The notes under the pieces: model-generated
What the model was told of the DNA's origin: nothing
Database searches by the model: none
The model's input: only the letters and a program-made list of their open reading frames with translations
Program-made: the position numbers and the translations under genes
Part shown: piece after piece, positions 54,880 to 64,000 of the stretch
How positions within the stretch are numbered: position 1 is the stretch's first letter
Layout: each line of letters begins with the position of its first letter
DNA from: Guillardia theta CCMP2712
Lineage: Eukaryota > Protista > Cryptophyta
Assembly (NCBI RefSeq): GCF_000315625.1
Contig: NW_005434639.1
Span: forward strand, 594,134 to 658,133
Direction: 5' to 3'
DNA: 64,000 nt

Positions 54880-55255
54880 CAGAACCAAGCAACTCCACGA
54901 TTATCAGGACGATGGGTCAACAAAGCAATCAGGCAAGCATGCACATTCATTGTAAGGGAGCATTTTCCTCCGGTGTTCTGCCATTTTTTGGGAACGGCGT
55001 CGCCATGTTGAAATGCTCACACCAATAGTCCGTGTAGTTCTTGAGCAAATGAGGCTCTGACGTCTTGTCGTAGTCGTCATAGAGCTTTGCGCAGTATTCT
55101 CGATCGATGTCTCCTCCGAGCAGCGCGGTGAACGAAGCAAACATCCACGATATCAGCTGATCAGTCCTCCAGGTGGAACTCCTGTCTTTAGAAAAGTCAT
55201 TCTTCCTTTTGATACAGCCCCCCCCCTGCTCCTGCTCCTGCTGCTGCTTCTGCTT

Positions 55256-55353
<98 letters not shown>

Positions 55354-55439
55354 CCCCTACTCCTCCTGCTGCTTCTGCTCCTGATGCTCCTTCTCATGGT
55401 CCTCCTCTGCTCCTCCGGCTGCTTCTGCTCCTGATCCTT

Positions 55440-55504
<65 letters not shown>

Positions 55505-55589
55505 TCTCATGGTCCTCCCTTACTCCCCCTGTTCCTCCTGTCTCTCCACTTCCTGCACTTGGACAGTCCGACCGAACCAACCAGCCATG
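54880..55589 (-). CDS. Small hypothetical multi-exon protein with a (CAGGAG)n-filled intron
   Basis: Exon FASFTALLGGDIDREYCAKLYDDYDKT..YWCEHFNMATPFP; possible first exon MAGWFGRTVQ. Confidence 0.35.
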
Positions 55590-56203
55590 AACTGCATATA
55601 TTCCATTTTAATTTTAAGTATTTCATACAAAAATATTTCAAAATGGTTTTATTGAAGTTATATTTGTCTAATTTTCTGTAACTGTATTTCTTATACATTA
55701 TATATACAGTCAAAGTGTAAAAACACTTTTTGAAGCTATTTTCGGTACTGCCCTCCCGCACCATGGCGATCAAGGCTCAGGTCAGTTTCAGCACTGGCGG
55801 CCACGGGGTGACAGACTGCTGGGGAGGGGATGAGCCTCTGGGGGGGGAGTGAGGAGGAGGAGGAGAAGGAGGAGAAGGAGGAGGAGGAGGAGGAGGAGGA
55901 GAATATGGTTATGGCTGTGGGATAGTTGTAAAGGACTGAGGAGTAGGCACAGAGTGAATTGTCAGGAGTCATGAATATAGAGATTCGTCGAGGCATCGAG
56001 AGTAAGGAGATGCAGAACGATCAGGTCTTTCTTTGGTCGCCATATTCGCTGCTGATGTCTACCCGCACATCTCGGCGACGACTGACCGTGTGCAGCAGGG
56101 GCAAGAGGGCTATGGCTCGACGAGCATGCGGCAGGGTGACCATGTCATCTATGTGAGCATCGGAGATGCCCAGGGTCGCAGAAGACATTTTGGTGAGAAT
56201 CGG

Positions 56204-57457
56204 ATGGGAAAGGCTGTGTTGGGAGGCCTTGCCTTGGTTCTTTGTGCCTGCCTCCTCGTTTCTTCAGCCATGGAGGAACGAAAGTATGTACCCTTCTCCA
56301 GCGTTCTTGCGGTGTGGAAGGAGCAGATGGCAAACATCAAGAAGCTTGAAATGCAGCTTGCTGCCAAGGAGGTGAAGAAGGACATGGTAAACAAGGCTTC
56401 GATGCACCTGCGCGCTGCGGACAAAGCGATCGCATTTCAGCTGGCAGCTCAGCCGGTCACAAGCAAGCTTGCAGTAGACTGCGCAAAGAAGGACTCGTAT
56501 GACATCCTGAAGAACGCTTTTACTGGCCTTGCAACCAACATCTCAGCTGAGAATGCAACCTTGTTTGCCAAGGACCAGGAGCTGTACGCGGCTGCCACAG
56601 AGGCCAAGGAAAAGTGGCTCACAGCTGAATCCAAGTTTCGCAGCGCAGAATCCGATCACAAGTCAGCTAAGGAAGCTGCAGCCTACGCAAGGTCAAAGTA
56701 CGACTTTTACGAGTCGGCGGTGACTCAGGGCCAGAACGAGTATGATGCGGTCAAACCCCAACTTGATTCTGAGAAGAGTCAGTTGTCTGCAGAGCTCCCA
56801 ATCTTGCAGCAGATCAAGGCCCTGATTAGCTCGATGAACGGAGCATCGACTAAGGCAGCCCCTACTTCTCTCATGCAGGTTGGCAACTTGAAGTCGCTCA
56901 TCCTCTCGCTCTCCCCACCGTCCCGGAACAAGAAGATCGCGAAACAAATCACTCACGTTCGAACGGTTCTGGCAGAGACTAACACAGTCGGCACCATGGC
57001 TAGCATGCTTTCAGTCATTGACGGGATTGTTTCTCACATTGAAACCCGAGTCACCGAGATCAACAACGATGTCGCCAGGATGGAGAGCGATCTCAACGAC
57101 AACAAGGGAAAGAGAGAGTCTTGGCAAGAGAAGGTCGTGGATCTCTCAGACGCTGCTGATAAGGCCGAGAACAAGATGAACTCGGCTGGTTTGGTCCGCC
57201 AGCAGCTCGGTAAGTGATAGAGAGGAGGGGGTGTAAGGGTTGAAGAGCAGTGAAGATTCATCCAGGTGGAGATCACTTGGTCAAGCAACAGGACTACGAG
57301 GACAATCACGCTACCTTCTTGGACGAGGCTGAGAAGGTTTGTGACTGATGAATTGTCAAACGGACAGCTGACATAAACTTTGCAGTTGACCAGACAGTCG
57401 ACAGCCATTGCAGTCATTCTGAAGAAGATCAATGATGCAATCAGTCAATGCGGCTAG
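56204..57457 (+). CDS. Secreted or anchored coiled-coil protein
   Basis: Signal peptide MGKAVLGGLALVLCACLLVSSA, long Ala/Lys/Glu heptad-rich ORF, two short 3' introns. Confidence 0.7.
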
Positions 57458-57755
57458 GTTGCAAAGCGCCATAGCTTTGCCATACTTTCAAACACATCTT
57501 TCTTCTCACTCGTCAAGTTTGAGTAAAGTTTTTTTACTTGCATCACAGCTCTGCACTCGCAGCACTGAATTAGCAAAACCTGTGTAATCACCAACACACA
57601 AGTGTCTTCTTTCAACAGTAATAATACACAATTCATTTCTCTTGTTTCAATTGCACACTGGTTAGCTTCATCCACCTTGCTCGAACCCTGCGAGCCTTAT
57701 GATCAGGTAGAGGAACTATCAGTAAGAGTTCGCACATGTCCGAACGGCAGGCCCC

Positions 57756-58495
57756 TCAGGCATCGTCGTCTGCCGCGCCTCCACTGACGTTCTTGAACTC
57801 ATGCAGCGTGTGGTAAATCGTTCTGAACGCAATGTCGATATCCCTCTTGTTCTTGGCACCCGTAAGAACAATTTTCCCCGAGACGAAGATAAGGAGCACA
57901 ACCTGAAACTCTCTCAGCACATCCTTGTACCATCAGCAAGAGGGCAGTCAAACCTTGGGTACCAACATTCGGTAGATGAGACCAGGGAACAGCTCGGGCT
58001 CGTAGCTGCAGTAGTTCTGATGAGCATATGCAAGCTTCTCCAAGCGGATGGGAAAGCGAACATCGCACGATCCCACGATGTTCTGTATCTTGAACTCTGT
58101 GAACTTGGCGCTGAATCCAAGCTTCTGGATGATGCGAGCAAATTTTCTGGAGGCTAACCTTGCACTCTCTTCGCTCTTGGCTCCTGTGCACACCATCTTC
58201 CCCGAGGCAAAGATGAGCGCTGTTGTCTTAGGCTCTCGAATTCGCATGATCACTGCTGCAAATCGCTTGGGATTGTACTCGGCGTTTCTGGCCTGAAGCG
58301 TGATAGTCTTCAAGTTCAAGCTGCAGTTGAGATTCACTGTCGCAACGATGTTTCTGCACAATCAAGTTCAACGAGTGGTCAAGTCAGACAACGAGCAGCT
58401 TACTGCAAGGACGGCGTGATGCCATTTGTCATGTCCAGATCATTGTCATACTCATTCATCATTCCATTATCACCCATGTCATCGTTCATCGACAT
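57756..58495 (-). CDS. TBP: Canonical TATA-binding protein
   Basis: [91 protein letters not shown]. All four DNA-intercalating Phe present. Confidence 0.97.
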
Positions 58496-59713
58496 GTTGA
58501 TGCTGATCAAACTTTGAGATCTCCAGAGAATCCGTCCGTGGAGAACTCAGGCGAGCAAGTTCAGGTTGTGCAGTGGATAGGGCTGTCTGGTTACAAGCTA
58601 TAGCGCCATGAATCTCACGCTCTGACCGGTCCAAGTCTGTAGTGACCAGTAAGAGAGATGGAGCTAACAAAATAATGGGCAAGAGAAACATCGTTTGGGC
58701 ATGCGGTGACAGAAACATAGCACGAGACGAAACAATGACGGGTATGCACGCATGCCGGTACACCAATAGCGCATAAACATGCACTGTAATACTCCCTATA
58801 CAGCGATGAGAAACCAACTAGTCATGTCAAGTGAAATAACAATCATTCACTCGATATGCAAAGCGATTGACCCTATGGCTGCCCCTTCCTAACGAAAAAC
58901 CTTTCACACGCATATTTCCCTTTCATCCGATGCTACATAAAGAATAAACCACTTTTCCTACCATTTCATCACAAAATGATTCTTCGCCATCACAAAAATG
59001 TTTTCAGTGAGGACTAATATCCTAATCCTCCTCCATCCTCCTCCCTCCCATACACGATTTCATCCCGCTGCCGCCGCATGGCGACAACCACATCGATCCA
59101 GGAATTGCCAAGGGGGTCTTTTGAAGACATGGACCCACCCCTCTATCCACATAATCTCCTAAGGAGCTAGGAAAATCAGTTGACACTTATACTAATTTAT
59201 TTTTATCAAATATGTCATCGGCAATGTAGACTAAAACATGTGAGGGGTAGGACAGACCACCCACTAGTAATTTTGCACCCACCCCGGTAATATTTATACT
59301 GCTTTCCGCGTGGGAAGGAACAAAAATAACGACAAATTGGTTTTAAATCCTCTAAATGTATTTCTGGTACACAAATGCAATTGAAGTTGAAAAAATAAGA
59401 ATTGCTTAATGTTATGTCATGTACAAATTAATATATCTATTGTATAAATTCGTAATAAATTTAGTACACGAATATCCTTATATCGAGTATATACACAAAT
59501 ATGATGAAAAATAATCAGATTACAGTACCAATTTGAGTAGAGTTTATTTGTACCATTTTTAACATTTGTACAGAGTAGAACAATAATATTTTTGAATGGT
59601 ACAAGGAGCCCAAAAATGTAATTGAGTTAGCTGTGAGTGCACGGCTTTGCTCGTAGAATGCAAGTAGAGCGGGGGCAAAAGGGGGATGAGGGTAAAACAG
59701 GGGTTGTCGGGGC

Positions 59714-62478
59714 ATGGCCGGGGCTGACTGGATAGCGAGATGCAGGAAGCAGGGGGAGGAGATCAAGAAGATCGTGAGAGCATGTGAGGAGGAGGGGAGG
59801 AGCTTCGTAGACCCGCTCTTCCCTCCTTCCCCCTCCTCGCTCGCTCGATGCACAGGGCACGAGGAGGTCTGGTCGTGGAGACGACCGTCGGAGATGTGCG
59901 ATGGAGAGCCCTCGTTGTTCTCAGGTGGGATGGGAGCTGGAGATGTCGTGCAGGGGAGGCTCAGGGACTGCTGGTATCTTGGAGCGCTCTCCATCATGGC
60001 AGGGAGGAGGAGGGAGAGGCTGGAGGCTCTGGTGTGCTTCGGCTGGGTTGCTCGAGGGGTCCATGCGGTACGGTTCTTTGTGGAAGGGAGGTGGGTGGTG
60101 GTGGTGGTAGACGATCTGATCCCGTGCGATCGTTTCGGAAGGCCCATCTTCGGGAGGTGCAGGAAGATGGAGCACTGCTGGGTTCAAATCTTCGAGAAGG
60201 CCTTCGCAAAACTCTGCGGGTCGTACGCTGACATCGAGGGTGGGTCAGAGGAGGAGGCCCTGGTTTGCTTGACTGGGGGGATGCCCAAGATTGTTGACCT
60301 GCGAGAGGTTCGTTAACGTGTCAGCATGCCCTCCCACCCCTCCTACCCACCCCTCTTACCCACCCCACACACCCACCATCCCCGCTCGCTCTTGCTGCTT
60401 ATCTCGGCTTGCGCTGTGTTGTAGTGGTTGATGATGATGTGTTGGCCGCCGTCAGAGGGAGGAGCTGCTGCTGGACGGGCAGATGTGGGTCAAGCTAGTC
60501 AAGTACTCCGACAACGGGCACCTCATGGGCTGTGCCAACCATGTGGCCGCAACCAGCGGCAACATCATCCGGGATCACGCTTACTCCATCCTGTCAGTCT
60601 ACTCAGGTAGTGAGGTGAGGACCTAGTGCCCCATGTTTGATGCGTTCTCCTGCAGTTCCGCACGTTCCAGGAGACGGGCTGCTGCTCCTTAGGAACCCTT
60701 GGGGCAAGCATGAGTGGACAGGACGCTACTCCCGGGAGTCTCCGTCGTGGGAGGATGTCGACGACAATATCCTGAGCATGCTGGGGCTGACGCGCGAGGC
60801 GTTAAGACGGGAGGTATTCGAGGATGGCAGCTTCTTCATGTGCTGGGAGGATTTCTACTCCCACTTCGACAGGATCTACGTGTGCAAGCTGCCCAAGTCA
60901 GGATCTTCCCGCCTCACGCTGGAGGGGAGCTGGAGAGGGGAGAGAGCGGGGGGCTGTCTGAACCATCCTACCTTCTCCGACAATCCCCAGTACCATCTCA
61001 CGGTCCCGTTCCCTTCCACCATCCTCGTTCAACTGTTCCAGAAGCAGGATCAGAGCGATCAGAGCTGGAGGCTGTCCACCAGCCCAGCTCGGCATATCGG
61101 TGATCCGTGCTGGGGTGCTTGGTGAGGCGCGGCTGAGCGTGCCCTGCAGGCCTGTATGTGGTGGTTGCCAACGACCTGCCCGAGGAGAGGGCGCTGTGCT
61201 ACGTGAAAGATGCTCCGGGGATCATGGTAGCGAAGACCAAGGTCTTCTTGAACGCATGGCAGACTTCGGTCAAGTTCAGGACCGCTGGGTACGAAAAGTT
61301 TGTGATATTCCCCTGCACCTTCACGCCGGGGGTCGAGGGTCAGTTCGCGGTCTCCGTGCTGACCCTGGGGGCCTCTCGCCCCGTCGTGCTCAAGGAGCTG
61401 ACGCTGCGCCATGAGAAGGTAGCGGTGGAGGGAGAGTGGGGGCTGGAGAGCTGCGGGGGGTGTATGAATCATGCTACATGGCTGGAGAACCCAGCGGTGC
61501 TCTTGCACGTCAAGACCCCAGGGGGCAAGGCCTCCCTCTTCCTCCAGCTCAGCATCCAGCTGCAGGCGTCGACAGGGATGGGACTCTACGTCTTCGCCTA
61601 TGAAGGGGAGCCGTCCATCGGCAGGAGGAACCTCGTCCGCTCGACTGAGCCCTTCATGGTCGCCAGACAGGTTGAAAGCCGAGGCTCCTCCCTGTACCCT
61701 CCAGAACCTCTCAATACACCCTTCCGCACCATCCTCGCCCTCCTCGCCCTGCTCCTCTTCCTCCTCCTCCGCCTCCTGATCTGAGCTTCAGGTCTCCCTG
61801 GATGTGTCAGGCCTCGTTGGCTCCTTCCTCGTCCTGCCATGCACCTTTGAGCCGATGCAGCACATGGGAGCTTTCACTCTCACGCTCTTCAAGGACCCGG
61901 AGGTGACGGAAGTCTCACCCCCTTACAATCCTCTTCTCATCTTCTTCCTCTCGCTTTCATCGTCCTTGTGCCCTCCTCTCATCCTCTCCTCCTCTCCTCT
62001 CCTCCTCCTCTCCTCCTCCTCTCCTCCTCCTCTCCTCCTCTCCTCCTCTCATCCTCTCCTCTCTTCTCCCTGCTCACTGTTTCTTCCTCTCCCCGCAGAT
62101 CGAGGCTAGCATGGAACTTCTCTCCTGCTCCTGCAGGCAGCTCTTCTCGCACGGGGAGCTAGGGAGGGTCTTCTCCATCCCCGATCGATCGCTGCTGCTA
62201 CAGGAGGTGAGCAACGGTCAGCATCGTATCCTCCCTGACGCTGCTGCAGATCCATCGCCTCCTCCAGCTCCCTGCCCGCCTCTCTGCCTCCAGCCAGACA
62301 CCGCGAGAGAGTCATGGGCATAGAGTGAGGGTAACAAAGGTAGGAGGAAGGAGTAAGGAGGAAGGAGGAAGGAGGAAGGAGGCGGAGTCGCTCACTTGGT
62401 TTGAAGGAGGACGAGGACGAGGACCTTGAGCTCGCTATCGCCCTGTCGCTGAGTGAGAAGGAGGCAGGGAGCTCGTAG
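59714..62478 (+). CDS. Calpain-family cysteine protease with tandem domain-III (C2L) modules and a C-terminal UIM
   Basis: Catalytic triad in QGRLRDCWYLGALS, DHAYSIL and LRNPWG. Two domain-III starts (GSWRGERAGGC..NPQY and GEWGLESCGGC..NPAV). Terminal EDEDEDLELAIALSLSE. Confidence 0.88.
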
Positions 62479-62739
62479 GTGGCGAGGGGAGCGAGATGTG
62501 AAGGATGGGAGGGGGCAAAGATGCGAGGGGGGTGAGGAAGGCAAAGAACGGGAGAGGAACATGCGAGCAAGGGAGCACAGGGAGCGGGAAGTAGAGAGTA
62601 CAGGGAGCAGGGAGGAAGGGAGCAGAGAGCAGGGAGCAAGGGAGCGGGGAGCAGGGCAAGGGGGGGAGAAGAAAAGTATCACTGTAAACTATACGATCTT
62701 AATGAAACAATAAAATTTTGAGAGCTTGACAGGGTTGAC

Positions 62740-63477
62740 CGCTACAGGGTCAACCAGTAGTCTACGTATGGGCAATCAGAAGGCTTGGGAGGGAAGGAGG
62801 ATTGAGCAGTCTGCAGGAGGAACAGGTCAGGTGCAGCTGGGAAGAGAGGGTGTCATACCGGGCAGATGGAGGTGGGAATGGAAGAGAGATGGTCGAGAGA
62901 AACCTTAGGGCGATTGACAACGCGGAAAGTTGCTTCGCCGGGAGAGACATTCTCGCTGAGATGAGAGGTGAGAGGAGAGGAGGAGAGGAGGAGGGAGGAA
63001 GAGGAGAGGAGAAAGGAGGAGGAGAGGAGGAGGAGGAGGAGGAGGAGGAGGAGAGGAGGAGGAGAAGAATTGGAGAGGAGTAGGAGATGTAGAGGCTGGG
63101 GAGCATGGGACAGATAGAACGGAGTGCAGGGGAGGAGGGGATAGGAGGAGGAGAGGAGAAGGGAGGAAGGTAGCAGAGAGATGAGACAAATCTTGTGGAA
63201 GGAGCAAATTGAAAACCAGGGAAGGAGGACGTCTCTGGAATGTAAGGAGCAGAAGGGAGGGAGGGAACGAGGTGGAAGAACGAGGAGGAGGAGAAAGGAG
63301 GACAGCGAACAACCTTCGGACTCGTTCTACTTGCCCGTCGTAGAGGAGAGTCTCTACAAGCTGAAAGACTTCCTCCATCGTCAGATCACACTTGATCACG
63401 TCTGCACCATTGTCAGTTGCAGGTGGTGAGGCAGCGAAAGATGACAAGGAAAGTGGAGGAGGGAGAAAGAGTAGGGG

Positions 63478-63513
<36 letters not shown>

Positions 63514-63858
63514 AAGGACGAGGACAAGGACGAGGACGAGGACGAGGACGAGGACAAGGACAAGGACAAGGACAAGGACAAGGACAAGGACGAGGACGAG
63601 GACGAGGACGAGGACAGGAAGTTGCAAGAGAAAGGGCGGGGGACGAGAGGCGGAGGAGGAGCATGGAATACCCTTGGCTTTCAGAAAGTCCCTGACCTCA
63701 GCTACCGAGCCTCCCTTCCTCTGTCTCATGTTGAAGAAGCAGAGAGCAATCTGTGCGCTGCTTTCGACCATCTCCGTGTCCAGCTCGCCGGACGTGTACC
63801 TTGCAAGCAGCATGAGGACAGCAACAACCATCCTCCTGCTGCTCCTTCTCATCCTGCT

Positions 63859-63920
<62 letters not shown>

Positions 63921-64000
63921 TCACAGTCTCGTGCTCCTGCTCTTGCTCTTGCCCTTCCTTCTCCTGCCCCTGCCCCTGCTTCTCTTGCTCCTCCTGCTCC
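62740..64000 (-). CDS. POLR3F: RNA polymerase III subunit RPC34/RPC6, 3' part (5' end outside window)
   Basis: YTSGELDTEMV..EVRDFLKAKG/..CDLTMEEVFQLVETLLYDGQVE matches the Rpc34 C-terminal winged-helix pattern. Introns are filled with simple repeats. Confidence 0.7.

Overview
This is an intron-rich eukaryotic nuclear scaffold. Short (~45-55 nt) GT-AG introns, microsatellite-filled introns and plastid presequences suggest a cryptophyte such as Guillardia theta (inference). Ordinary genes: IPT/TIG-EGF surface protein, PP1 inhibitor-3, CRAL-TRIO protein, Cep192-like protein, plastid RimM, plastid SAP/RRM protein, Gly-rich repeat protein, mitochondrial Hsp60, BET bromodomain protein, canonical TBP, calpain and RPC34. 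Four things stand out. (1) A bZIP gene at 31473-32440 carries a 23-nt non-spliceosomal IRE1-type intron (31825-31847) with twin CNG|CNG hairpins and a basal stem. Removing it swaps a membrane anchor for an acidic tail, which suggests an XBP1/HAC1/bZIP60-type unfolded-protein-response switch. (2) A ~10.6-kb inverted duplication (44054-54664) holds two divergent TBP-like genes and two triple-Zn2Cys6 factors. The right TBP-like copy has a predicted spliced first exon encoding a histone H3 tail mimic (MARSKQIARKST). (3) A decayed Fanzor1 (TnpB-like) gene and a probable solo LTR lie inside that palindrome. (4) A PhyH dioxygenase appears fused to a PLP class-V enzyme. All gene models were read by eye; multi-exon boundaries are approximate unless stated.
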